A stretch of DNA of 20,000 bases, taken from the IMG/VR virus record IMGVR_UViG_3300007754_000006; one strand, 5' to 3'. The notes beneath the pieces are model-generated. The model was not told where the DNA came from. It saw only the letters and a program-made list of their open reading frames with translations, and ran no database searches. Shown here one piece after another: positions 1-7,826 of this stretch (the first letter of the stretch is position 1; every line of letters begins with the position of its first letter). The position numbers and the translations under genes were made by a program. The DNA is from an uncultured virus (IMG/VR IMGVR_UViG_3300007754_000006) (taxonomy: Duplodnaviria > Heunggongvirae > Uroviricota > Caudoviricetes).

Positions 1-510
1 AGGCTTGGGATTCCCCATATCCAGACCGGCCAGATCTTCCGCACCCTCTCTGGTGTTCCCGAAGACATCCAAGAGAGGGTCCGGGGATACATGGACCGGA
101 ACGAGTTCGTCCCTGATGACCTAACCCAGCGGGTGGTCCAGGCTCGTCTCAGCCTACCGGACTGTGCTGAGGGGTGGATCCTCGACGGCTACCCGAGGAC
201 TGTCCCCCAAGCGCGGTTGTTCCGGTCCGCCTACTCGATGGATCCGGACCCTGTGCGAATCGTCCACCTGCTCCTCTCCGGGGATCCCGGGCTGGTCCAG
301 GAGCGCCTCAAGGCTCGTCTGTTGGGGCGTGCTCGGGGTCCCGATGATCACGAGACGGCCATCCGAAAGCGGGTCTCTGACTACGAGGCCAAGACCCTAC
401 CCGCGATCTGGTTCCTCCAGGCTCGATTCCTCTTTGCCTCGAACGTCCTGGCCAATGAGAAGATTCCGGTGGTCCATCAGAGGCTCCTCTCGGTTCTCTG
501 CTTGCCTTGA
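1..510 (+). CDS. adk: Adenylate kinase, short-LID type (5' end outside the window)
   Basis: Frame 1 reads RLGIPHIQTGQIFR (cf. GIPHISTGDIFR), then FVPDD, GWILDGYPRT and GPDDHETAIRKRVSDYEAKT; stop TGA at 508-510. Confidence 0.92.
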   Translation, partial: RLGIPHIQTGQIFRTLSGVPEDIQERVRGYMDRNEFVPDDLTQRVVQARLSLPDCAEGWILDGYPRTVPQARLFRSAYSMDPDPVRIVHLLLSGDPGLVQERLKARLLGRARGPDDHETAIRKRVSDYEAKTLPAIWFLQARFLFASNVLANEKIPVVHQRLLSVLCLP

Positions 511-773
511 TCCTTTCAGGTTGGCCACACCCGTTGGATCTCCCGACCGAGCTCGACGGGAACATCATCTACGAGGGTCCGATCGAGCATCCCCGGTTCG
601 GAGAGGTCGAGGCCGTAGAGGCTCTCCTACGTGCCCGTAAGTCCCTCGTGGAAGCGGGTGCCTACGACGCAGCAGACGAGCTTCGAGTACGGCTACAGGA
701 CTCCCACGGAGTTACTGTAGTCGATGAGGGCTCCCGGGAGGACCGCTACACAAGGTGGCGCTTCCGGTCCTGA
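507..773 (+). CDS. Small protein resembling the C-terminal anticodon-binding domain of cysteinyl-tRNA synthetase
   Basis: TTG start overlaps the adk stop. EALLRARKSLVEAGAYDAADELRVRLQDSHGVTVVDEG...TRWR matches the CysRS C-terminal pattern (R..AR..KD...AD..R..L...GI.LED....T.W). Confidence 0.6.
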   Translation: MILSGWPHPLDLPTELDGNIIYEGPIEHPRFGEVEAVEALLRARKSLVEAGAYDAADELRVRLQDSHGVTVVDEGSREDRYTRWRFRS

Positions 774-826
774 CGAGCCATTCCGGGTTTCGCGGTTATG
801 CTATCCGTGATAGCCCGGAGGACCCC

Positions 827-1450
827 ATGACCACATTCGTACCCACAGCGGTGCTGGTCCTCAACATCGACTTCACCCCGTTGAACGTCATCTCCTGGCG
901 TGGGGCCATGGAGAAGCTCCTGTCGGGGAAGGTCCAGTTGGTTCAGGACTACGCAGGTCGCACTCTCAGCTCCGCGACCGAGAGCTTCCCGTATCCCGCT
1001 GTGGTTCGGGTCATCTCTCGGTACGTGAAGCGGAAGGTGCGTCTCAACCGGCAGAACGTCCTGGCTCGGGATGACTACACCTGCCAGTACTGCGGAGCCA
1101 AGCCTCGGAACAAGAGCGGGAAGCCTCGCCTCGAGGATCTGACGATCGACCACGTCATTCCGCGTGCTCAGGCCAAGGACGGACACGTCAAGGTTCCTGG
1201 GGTCAAGCGGAAGTGCAGGGTCACCAGCTGGCGGAACCTCGCCACGGCCTGCTACGGATGCAACTCCACCAAGGGTCCGCAGACGCCTCGCCAGGCAGGG
1301 ATGAAGCTCCTGAAGAAGCCGTGGGTTCCCACCACGGTGGACGTCGCTCGGATGACGATCTTCAAGTATCGGATCCCGGACGAGTGGTCCTTCTATCTGC
1401 CCGAGGGCAGCCCCTGGCGCAGCTACTGGACTGCTGAGCTCATCGACTAA
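827..1450 (+). CDS. HNH endonuclease (McrA-like)
   Basis: GGAGG at 817-821 and ATG at 827; motifs VLVLN, RDDYTCQYCG, LTIDHVIPR, SWRNLATACYGCNSTKG. Confidence 0.93.
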   Translation: MTTFVPTAVLVLNIDFTPLNVISWRGAMEKLLSGKVQLVQDYAGRTLSSATESFPYPAVVRVISRYVKRKVRLNRQNVLARDDYTCQYCGAKPRNKSGKPRLEDLTIDHVIPRAQAKDGHVKVPGVKRKCRVTSWRNLATACYGCNSTKGPQTPRQAGMKLLKKPWVPTTVDVARMTIFKYRIPDEWSFYLPEGSPWRSYWTAELID

Positions 1451-2103
1451 AGGAAGCCTGCCAAGGGCTTCCTGCTGACGACGCCATCCTTGGTCTTCTG
1501 GACCATCCACCGCACCCCCCGTGGATCGTGGGGGTCGTGGTGGGAGGTCACGTGGATGAACTTGCGGGTCTTGATGTCAAAGCCCAGTCTATGGGCGATG
1601 TAGATGGGACCTCTGTTCGTGAACTTGATCTCTCCCAAGGCCCAGAGGACGAACAGGAGGGAGGAGCTCGCCAGGCTGCCGAATAGCCAGCGAGAGGCCT
1701 CCTGAACGAGCTCGTCGCCGAACTGCTCTTCCAGAGCGTCGGCGAGGTCCTCGTCCATATCGATGTGCTCTACCTGCAGTTGGTAGGGGTCCCTCTTCAG
1801 GCCGTTCCGGTAGGCGTTGGAATGGAAGCACGCCTCGTTTGCGGCGAGGGCTTCGATGAGGAGCAGAACCACGACCTTCTTGTCCGGATCTTCGATCGCC
1901 TGGACCAACTGGATGTAGTTCTCGGCCAGCTTCTCCAACACCTTCTTGTATCTGCGGAGGTAGCGCATCGCCTCCTTCCGAGTCCGTAGAACCCGGTCTT
2001 CAGGAAGGAGGATCGCTCTGATCTCCGGCTCCGAGCCGTCTTTCTTCGACTCGTCAGGGGTGGTGGCGCCTGTCGGGAGGTCTGGGAGAAGGGATTGAAG
2101 CAT
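1447..2103 (-). CDS. Hypothetical protein, probably leaderless
   Basis: Protein-like part of ORF 1447..2526 starts at MLQSLLPDL (ATG 2103). The upstream part is the antisense shadow of the 2159 gene. Confidence 0.65.
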   Translation of the reverse strand: MLQSLLPDLPTGATTPDESKKDGSEPEIRAILLPEDRVLRTRKEAMRYLRRYKKVLEKLAENYIQLVQAIEDPDKKVVVLLLIEALAANEACFHSNAYRNGLKRDPYQLQVEHIDMDEDLADALEEQFGDELVQEASRWLFGSLASSSLLFVLWALGEIKFTNRGPIYIAHRLGFDIKTRKFIHVTSHHDPHDPRGVRWMVQKTKDGVVSRKPLAGFL

Positions 2104-2158
2104 GCCGGTTAGATACCGTATCCAGGGGCCTCCGGGTATCTCTTCCCCGGAGGTTGTC

Positions 2159-2542
2159 ATGTCTGACCAGAACATTCTCGACGAGGCCGTGGACAAGACG
2201 GAGGAGTTCGTCATCGATGCTCTGGATGGCGTCCTGGAAGAGGGTCTGGATGACCTGACCGATGACATGATCCGGGTGGTGGACGAAAACTTCGACCACC
2301 TCACAGGGAACGAGAGGGCGGACCTCGTGGCCTCTGCTGCCGCTACCTGGCTCACCACCCAAGGGGTCGCCTGGGTAGATGAGCATGAGGAGCAGGCCAA
2401 GGCATGGATCCTCTCTCGCGTCTCCATGCGGTTCGACCAGCTTCGCGAGAAGATCGATGAATGGCGAGAGGGCCGTCCCGAACGGGTCGCTTCTCGGCGG
2501 AAGAAGAGGGCTGAGCGCAAGGCCAAGCGCCGCTCCCGCTGA
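2159..2542 (+). CDS. Hypothetical protein with acidic N-terminus and basic C-terminal tail
   Basis: GGAGG at 2149-2153, ATG at 2159; MSDQNILDEAVDK...RRKKRAERKAKRRSR. Confidence 0.75.
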   Translation: MSDQNILDEAVDKTEEFVIDALDGVLEEGLDDLTDDMIRVVDENFDHLTGNERADLVASAAATWLTTQGVAWVDEHEEQAKAWILSRVSMRFDQLREKIDEWREGRPERVASRRKKRAERKAKRRSR

Positions 2543-2917
2543 CTACAGGTCGAGCTCCCTGCGGAGCTCCCTGATTGCCTTGTTCAGCTTCTTGGGGGCG
2601 TTCTCCTGGGGGGCAAAGAACACGGTTCGCTCGGCTCTATGTCCGAAAGATCTTGGGGTCCGCCAACGCATCGTCAAGTGGATGAAGAAGCCCCCCTTGG
2701 TCTCCCCCGCTTCCCCGTTGAGGTAGTAGCGGGCCCTCTGTCCGTTGGGTCTCCGGACATTGACATAAGACCAGATAGCTCGAGGGACTCGGTGGGAGAG
2801 AACCTGGAAGGAGCTCTGGTAGCCTCCGATGTGCTTCGGGTTGGCTCCGTCTATCCAACGGATGTTCCTCTCCCTGGTGAACTGGATCTCCATCCATTCC
2901 TTGGTGGTCATAGGCAT
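2543..2917 (-). CDS. Hypothetical protein
   Basis: 124-aa ORF with protein-like composition, converging on the 2542 stop. Confidence 0.65.
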   Translation of the reverse strand: MPMTTKEWMEIQFTRERNIRWIDGANPKHIGGYQSSFQVLSHRVPRAIWSYVNVRRPNGQRARYYLNGEAGETKGGFFIHLTMRWRTPRSFGHRAERTVFFAPQENAPKKLNKAIRELRRELDL

Positions 2918-3027
2918 GAGTGGATATCCATCACCACCAAGAGGGAAAGAACCAACACTGCCCCAACCAAGAGGGCCTGGAAGACGGATTCAGGCAGACG
3001 TCGGAAGATAAGGCACTCCGGGACGGA

Positions 3028-3050
3028 GGCACCTCCTGCAGGACTCGAAC
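3028..3050 (-). pseudogene. Orphan tRNA 3' fragment (T-loop plus 3' acceptor strand)
   Basis: Minus strand GTTCGAGT-CCTGC-AGGAGGT-G-CC. AGGAGGT pairs with GCCTCCT of the orphan 5' half at 3885-3891. Confidence 0.6.
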
Positions 3051-3095
3051 ACAGCCCTGGCAGGAGGCGAGCCTGCGCTCTATGAAGGAGAGGAA

Positions 3096-3173
3096 TGGCG
3101 CCTCGACCAGGACTCGAACCTGGGACCGACAGCTTAGAAGGCTGGTGTTCTAATCCAACTGAACTACCGAGGC
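3096..3173 (-). tRNA. tRNA-Arg(UCU)
   Basis: GCCTCGG TA GTTC AGTTGGATTA GAAC A CCAGC CT TCT AA GCTGT CGGTC CCAGG TTCGAGT CCTGG TCGAGGC G CCA: full cloverleaf with encoded CCA and one mismatch at the top of the anticodon stem. Confidence 0.93.
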
Positions 3174-3186
3174 ACAAAGAGGTCTC

Positions 3187-3819
3187 TCAGACAAGAGATT
3201 TTACTCTCGAGACTGTTTCCTCACTGAACGCCTTTGGGTAGTGTACTTCCAAAACCGTCCACCCTCCCTCAATCAGGAGGAGGTGACGGTTCCGATAGTA
3301 CCGCTTCAAGCGTCCAGGCTGAGTGTTGTTCGGCACCACTTCGTAGTGCTGGTTACCGTTCACCTCAATCGCGACCTTCTTGCTTGGGAAGGCAATGTCG
3401 AGAGAGAAGAACCGGTCTTTGAACGGCATGTACTCTTCCTCAAAGGTGAGCCCTTCTTCCCGGAGCCGCCTTTTGAGGTGCTCGCAGGGCACACTCACGA
3501 ACTTGTCTTTTCTTCGCCACGGGTGTTTGTCCGGGTTCTCCCGCAACCATCGAAGACGGGCGGCTGAGACCTTGTCCCGACTTTCCTGTGTCCAAACCCG
3601 GTTCCTGTTGGCTTCGGCAAGGACTTTCTTGACACTGTCCGGACACTCTGTGAGAGTTCCTGCTGTGTAGCCGTTGCGGAAGTTCTTCTTCGCGGCTCTC
3701 GCCGCCCTCAAGTTCTCGACGTACACCGAACGCTTGGGGTTTTCCGAGCACCACCGGACATGGCTTGAGAACGCCCGAGAGCGAACTCCCGGATCTTTCC
3801 TGCAATGTGGACAGAGCAT
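3187..3819 (-). CDS. Putative free-standing homing endonuclease (Zn-finger and NUMOD3-like N-terminus, Vsr/DUF559-like PD-(D/E)XK domain)
   Basis: ATG 3819 after GGAGG; CPHC...HVRWC; WTQESRDKVSAA (NUMOD3-like); FSLDIAFPSKKVAIEVNGNQHY...RHLLLIEGGWTVLEV. Confidence 0.8.
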   Translation of the reverse strand: MLCPHCRKDPGVRSRAFSSHVRWCSENPKRSVYVENLRAARAAKKNFRNGYTAGTLTECPDSVKKVLAEANRNRVWTQESRDKVSAARLRWLRENPDKHPWRRKDKFVSVPCEHLKRRLREEGLTFEEEYMPFKDRFFSLDIAFPSKKVAIEVNGNQHYEVVPNNTQPGRLKRYYRNRHLLLIEGGWTVLEVHYPKAFSEETVSRVKSLV

Positions 3820-3856
3820 TGGGCCTCCGTACCCGCAGCGAGGCATAGGGTATCTA

Positions 3857-3891
3857 AAGGCCGTTGCTCTATCCAACTGAGCTAAGGAGGC
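3857..3891 (-). pseudogene. 5' half of an argU-like tRNA-Arg, broken in the anticodon loop
   Basis: GCCTCCT TA GCTC AGTTGGATA GAGC A ACGGC CT T, with no 3' anticodon strand (GCCGT) or T-arm following. Confidence 0.8.
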
Positions 3892-3965
3892 GTGTGGTGA
3901 CGGATTCCGTTACCGTTTCAATCTTCGCCTTTGAAGCATCGGGATCTCCCTTCCGATAAGTCCTG

Positions 3966-4322
3966 CTAACCTGCCCTGCGTCGCTGAGCTCGCCATTGCT
4001 TGGGTGTAAGACCCCCGAGCTCCGGAAGGCACCACTCGCCTTGGCCTCCGAAGGTCCTCCGGCGCAGCACCTTCCCGTTGTTCCAGAGCCCCTGGAGGAC
4101 GACGTTGATCCCGGCTATCTGGCCTGTGATCTCCATCATCATTTCGGCAATGCGGTCCTCTCGGTAGGGCCAGTCCTCGTGTTGGGTCTCCCCGCTGGAG
4201 ACGTCCTGCGCGATGCCCTCTGAATAGCTGTCCTGGAGCTTCCGCCAGACACAGGCGTTGGTCCAGGCTACGTTGGGGTCTGATTGCAGGACAGCGAGGA
4301 CCAGCTCAGGAGAGGGTGTCAT
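3966..4322 (-). CDS. Hypothetical protein
   Basis: 118-aa ORF with AGGAG upstream. Confidence 0.65.
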   Translation of the reverse strand: MTPSPELVLAVLQSDPNVAWTNACVWRKLQDSYSEGIAQDVSSGETQHEDWPYREDRIAEMMMEITGQIAGINVVLQGLWNNGKVLRRRTFGGQGEWCLPELGGLTPKQWRAQRRRAG

Positions 4323-4364
4323 CAGCAGGTGCTCCTCGTAGGAGGAACAGACCCCATATCCAGG

Positions 4365-4955
4365 CTATTCCAGAGCGAGGGCTTCCTTGTAGATCCCCAC
4401 CACGGCAGCCCAGGCGTCCTTCCCGATGGAGTTCTCTGCGAGAGCAGAGAAGGCGTCCATTACCAGCAGGCTTGCGTGTCCCAGGTTCTTCCGGGTGTGG
4501 ATAATGGGAGCCTTCGGCTTGTGCATCCCTGCGTCCTGGATGTCCTGAAGCTTCTTCTCAAGGTCGGTCAGAGCTACCGGGATGTTGTTCACCGCCCGGC
4601 CAACCATCGTGGTCTCGTGGGGAGTCAGGTCCTCGAGCTCCAGGAGAGTCCCCAGGTATGTCTCAGACTTTTGGAGAAAGAGGATCCCTCGAGCTCTCTC
4701 GATCTCGATGCTCCCTCTGGTTCCAATCAGAAGAGGAACCAGAGGCGCCAGGAACTCCTGCCGGAGCGCATCCCCGGTAGGACCCAGCCCCATGTAGTCG
4801 TTCATGGAGACCCCGATGTTCGACAGTATCCAGCAGGCGCATTGGGGATAATGGGAGTGAGGCTCTCCTGCCAAGAGAGCTACAGCCTCCATGAAGCAGT
4901 ACTCCTTTTCTTGGGGGGCGTGCCCCCCAGCCTTCAGCTGGGGGATCTGGGTCAT
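4365..4955 (-). CDS. Conserved phage-type hypothetical protein (C.MEAVA..AGEPHS..P.CAC pattern)
   Basis: ATG 4955 after GGAGG and overlapping the upstream stop. LKAGGH...CFMEAVALLAGEPHSHYPQCAC...MND...LVPLLIGTR is a pattern I recall from phage/prophage proteins of unknown function. Confidence 0.75.
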   Translation of the reverse strand: MTQIPQLKAGGHAPQEKEYCFMEAVALLAGEPHSHYPQCACWILSNIGVSMNDYMGLGPTGDALRQEFLAPLVPLLIGTRGSIEIERARGILFLQKSETYLGTLLELEDLTPHETTMVGRAVNNIPVALTDLEKKLQDIQDAGMHKPKAPIIHTRKNLGHASLLVMDAFSALAENSIGKDAWAAVVGIYKEALALE

Positions 4956-5326
4956 GAGAGCCTCCGCAGAACATGACGGGAGACTCGGAGGAGGTTGTAG
5001 TCTGCAGCGGCAAGGACACCCCTCTCCACCTTGGGGTTCTCCTTCCGGAAGGTGTGGGTGCCTCCCTGGGGTGCCAGGCAGATGCCTCCCGCATGGCGAA
5101 GGATCAGGGAAGCCGCTGCGATGTCCCACTCCGAAAGGGTGGGGCGGAGGACGATGTAGAGATCCCCCTCCTTCATACGGTCGATCAGGGTGGACATGTA
5201 CGGCTCCGTGAAGAGTTCCTGCCGATCGGAGGTGCTCCAAGGCTTCCGGAGCTTCTCCTCGACCTCTCGGAAGATACGGCCCCAAGGTTCCGGGGCTGAG
5301 TGCTTGTCGTGGCTCAGGACTCCCAC
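4952..5326 (-). CDS. Hypothetical protein
   Basis: 124-aa ORF coupled to the next gene by an ATGA overlap; start uncertain. Confidence 0.6.
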   Translation of the reverse strand: MGVLSHDKHSAPEPWGRIFREVEEKLRKPWSTSDRQELFTEPYMSTLIDRMKEGDLYIVLRPTLSEWDIAAASLILRHAGGICLAPQGGTHTFRKENPKVERGVLAAADYNLLRVSRHVLRRLS

Positions 5327-5386
5327 GTACAGGACGTTCCGGATGTCCCAGAGGAACTGGGCCTCTCTCCAGAGGATTCCCGAACC

Positions 5387-5632
5387 TCATGGGGACTTCC
5401 GAATCTGACAGGCCCCACAGAGCTTGGCGATGGGCTTGTCGTTCTGGAAGAGCTGGATCTGCGTCCGGGTCTCGTAGGAACCCACAGTCACCTCGCGAGC
5501 TACAAGAGGTCCGATAGGAACCGTTTCCGCTCCTCGGGTGTGTCCACACTCTGGGTTGGCGTGGATGCTGGGCCGGTGACCTCGTCGCATTTGCTTGAGG
5601 GCGTGCTGGGTGGCGTAGTAGGTTCCGGACAT
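5387..5632 (-). CDS. Hypothetical protein with His/Cys residues (H...CGH...CGAC)
   Basis: ATG at 5632 after AGAGGG; 81 aa. Confidence 0.5.
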   Translation of the reverse strand: MSGTYYATQHALKQMRRGHRPSIHANPECGHTRGAETVPIGPLVAREVTVGSYETRTQIQLFQNDKPIAKLCGACQIRKSP

Positions 5633-5835
5633 GGGGAGCCCTCTTTGTCTTTCCAGTCTTCTTCCCGTGCTGCCGGACACAGAGGTGGGTCTATCCGGCC
5701 CTCCCAGTAGGCAGCCTCGTGGCGGGAATCGCACAGAGGACACCACCCGCTCTCTTCGAATACCTTGCGGATTGCCGCATAGGCGGAATCCAGTTCCGCT
5801 TGAAGCTGGTAGACCTCAGGAGTTCCGTGGGGCAT
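5500..5835 (-). CDS. Hypothetical protein with CPLC motif
   Basis: ATG after AAGGAAG; the low-complexity C-terminus overlaps the 5632 gene. Confidence 0.55.
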   Translation of the reverse strand: MPHGTPEVYQLQAELDSAYAAIRKVFEESGWCPLCDSRHEAAYWEGRIDPPLCPAAREEDWKDKEGSPCPEPTTPPSTPSSKCDEVTGPASTPTQSVDTPEERKRFLSDLL

Positions 5836-5838
5836 GTC

Positions 5839-6141
5839 TCAGGCTTCCTTGATCGGAACAGTGAGGATGACCCGAGATATCGGCCAGGAGGCAGGATCGC
5901 ATGATTTGTTGAGCATGCCGACCAGGTTGGGACGCCCTGTGGAGGGTTCAACCTGATGGACCAGGACTTCCCGATCGCCCCAAATCTCGCACTCTTCGAG
6001 CTCCCGAGCTTTCTGGCGGGCGGTCGAGAGGGCAGCATCCCGATCCGCCACCCACTCGTAGCACCCAAGGTAGGATTCCGGGGGAGTGTTGGCGACTTGA
6101 GGGGTCTGTACGCAGTAGATGTGGGGGTCGTAGGTGTTCAC
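5839..6141 (-). CDS. Hypothetical protein
   Basis: GGAGG then GTG at 6141, overlapping the upstream TGA; 100 aa. Confidence 0.7.
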   Translation of the reverse strand: MNTYDPHIYCVQTPQVANTPPESYLGCYEWVADRDAALSTARQKARELEECEIWGDREVLVHQVEPSTGRPNLVGMLNKSCDPASWPISRVILTVPIKEA

Positions 6142-6464
6142 CTTTCCTCCGCGTTGGCCTTGAGCGCGCGCCACTTCCGGACCCAGCTCATCCCCAGGTA
6201 GATTACGAGGATTCCACACAAGGCAACCAAGAGAGGCGCATCTCGGGTGAGAACCCCGGCGACGGTGGCTCCAGCGCAGAGGAGGAGCACGCTCATCTTG
6301 TAGCTGAACCAGTAGCGGCTGCCCGGGGAACCGGTGGGCAGGAACACGTAGATGCCCACGACCCCCGTGGAGACAAGGGTCTCCACCTTGAGGTTCAGTC
6401 CCATGAGCTCCCGAAGGAAGGGAACCCCAAGGACGAGAGCTACGACCACCGAGTAGACGGCCAC
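6138..6464 (-). CDS. Small membrane protein (about 4 TM segments)
   Basis: Four hydrophobic stretches; start uncertain (see finding at 6464-6525). Confidence 0.7.
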   Translation of the reverse strand: MAVYSVVVALVLGVPFLRELMGLNLKVETLVSTGVVGIYVFLPTGSPGSRYWFSYKMSVLLLCAGATVAGVLTRDAPLLVALCGILVIYLGMSWVRKWRALKANAEER

Positions 6465-6499
6465 TCGGCGCGGAGGGGTGGGTTGTTCTGGGCGTACAT

Positions 6500-6525
6500 G
6501 GTAACTCCGGATATCCGGAGTTACC
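6500..6525. repeat. Perfect 26-bp palindrome covering a GGAG RBS
   Basis: GGTAACTCCGGAT|ATCCGGAGTTACC equals its own reverse complement. Confidence 0.95.
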
Positions 6526-6536
6526 TTTTGGGGAGC

Positions 6537-7163
6537 CTACCTTCCCAAGAACACTGTCGGGTCGCGCTCCGCGGTCACGACCACCGCAGGCTTCCCGAAG
6601 AGGGAGCCTGTTTGAACCAGAGCTTCCCCCATCTGGTTGGAAGATCCCCACCGACCTTCGGAGAGGAGGGTGCTCACCAGAGCGGGGTGTTCACGCCCTC
6701 CGATGGATTTCGTTCCTCGGATGTTGCCCAGATGAGTCCTGACGGCCTCGTACGCTTCGGGATGGGCCGCGCGAAGACCTGACAGATGGCCTCGGGCCGA
6801 CTCCCAGAGCCTTGAGAACACGGCCTCTGTGGAAGGGAGGGGGACAATCTTTCCCTTGACCTTTTCCCACCTCTCAGGACCGTACTCCTTGACCCCCCCT
6901 CCAGGATACGGCTTGAGAGCGCGATCCATGTCTTGGATGCCTCTCCTCTCCGTCATCCGAAGGGCTTCAGCATGGCTCATCGGAGTAGGCCACAGGAAGA
7001 AGGTAGCTCCCCGTGCCCTCATCCCGAACCCGGGAAGGAAGTTGCGAGCCAGCGCGATCTGGACAGCACGAGGGCCCTTGGCGAACACGCCCACCGTCCA
7101 TTCCCCATCAAAGGTATTTCCGGCGATCAGCCCTTCAGAGGCCAATATTTTCTTCAGAGACAT
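6537..7163 (-). CDS. Hypothetical protein with MSLKKILASEG leader (possible virion internal protein)
   Basis: AGGAGG RBS; N-terminus nearly identical to that of the 18848 gene. Confidence 0.8.
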   Translation of the reverse strand: MSLKKILASEGLIAGNTFDGEWTVGVFAKGPRAVQIALARNFLPGFGMRARGATFFLWPTPMSHAEALRMTERRGIQDMDRALKPYPGGGVKEYGPERWEKVKGKIVPLPSTEAVFSRLWESARGHLSGLRAAHPEAYEAVRTHLGNIRGTKSIGGREHPALVSTLLSEGRWGSSNQMGEALVQTGSLFGKPAVVVTAERDPTVFLGR

Positions 7164-7191
7164 TATCTGATCCTCCTACAGGGAGAAAATG

Positions 7192-7794
7192 CTATATAGG
7201 TGAAGTATTGGCCATCCGGACCTGGGAGTTGTGCGTGAGCTGGAAGCTCCGCTTGGTCCCATCGCGAAGGAAGTGCTGCGCTTCGTTGGCGATGTGCGCT
7301 CCCACGATGGAGTGGAACGGGAGATTCTCCCCGTCCTCGCAGGTCGGTACGTCCCCGGCCGGCTCGGTGTGTGGCGTGAAGTGCTCCGTCCACATGACCC
7401 GGGCGAAGTCCCCAGCTACCGCCAGGCCGCCATGGAGACAGGGGATCCCGTTCTCCGTGCAGAAGCCCTGGATCAGCTGCCGGGCCGCGATGTTGTCCGT
7501 GCAGTCGATGACCAGAGCGGCGCCCGCGAGCAGCTGCTGAACGTTGGCGTCCGTGAGCTTGTGGGGAACGGCCTTGACCCTCAGCCCCCACATGCCCTGG
7601 AGGATCTGGGCCATCGACTGGGCCTTGTTCCGCCGGAGGGCCTGGCGCCCGTAGGCTTGGGCCTGCGTGTTCTTGTTCTCCACGCGATCGAAGTCGATGA
7701 GGACGAGGTCGGCATCCCAGTTCCGCGCGTTCACTGCGACGGGGGATCCGATGGCACCGAGTCCGACGAGGACAACCTTGGGGCGGCGGGTCAT
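7192..7794 (-). CDS. ThiF/MoeB/E1-like adenylyltransferase
   Basis: KVVLVGLGAIGS, LIDFDRVENKN, RNKA, LVIDCTDN, a candidate catalytic Cys in PTCE; GGAG RBS. Confidence 0.9.
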   Translation of the reverse strand: MTRRPKVVLVGLGAIGSPVAVNARNWDADLVLIDFDRVENKNTQAQAYGRQALRRNKAQSMAQILQGMWGLRVKAVPHKLTDANVQQLLAGAALVIDCTDNIAARQLIQGFCTENGIPCLHGGLAVAGDFARVMWTEHFTPHTEPAGDVPTCEDGENLPFHSIVGAHIANEAQHFLRDGTKRSFQLTHNSQVRMANTSPI

Positions 7795-7826
7795 GGGTAA
7801 CTCCGAGGTTCTTCGGATGCCTCGGA

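Noticed and set aside
3835..3842. Fifth copy of the RNA module (CTCGCTG after the Arg half)
   Set aside because: The MCTC-GC and SAGC-CTACANGC parts are absent, and a 7-mer match is weak in GC-rich DNA.
3187..3862. Group I intron in tRNA-Arg (GGCCTT/GAGGCC resembles P1 with a U-G pair)
   Set aside because: No recognisable P3-P9 core, only 13 nt between the ORF stop and the next tRNA, and no 3' exon containing GCCGT.
3853..3891. Ochre suppressor tRNA (loop reads CT-TTA-GA)
   Set aside because: The 3' anticodon strand and T arm are missing, so TTA is probably junction sequence.
6138..7163. TAG read-through or stop-codon recoding (the 6537 TAG is in frame with the membrane ORF)
   Set aside because: One-in-three chance; conserved genes here have no internal stops and no intact suppressor tRNA is visible.
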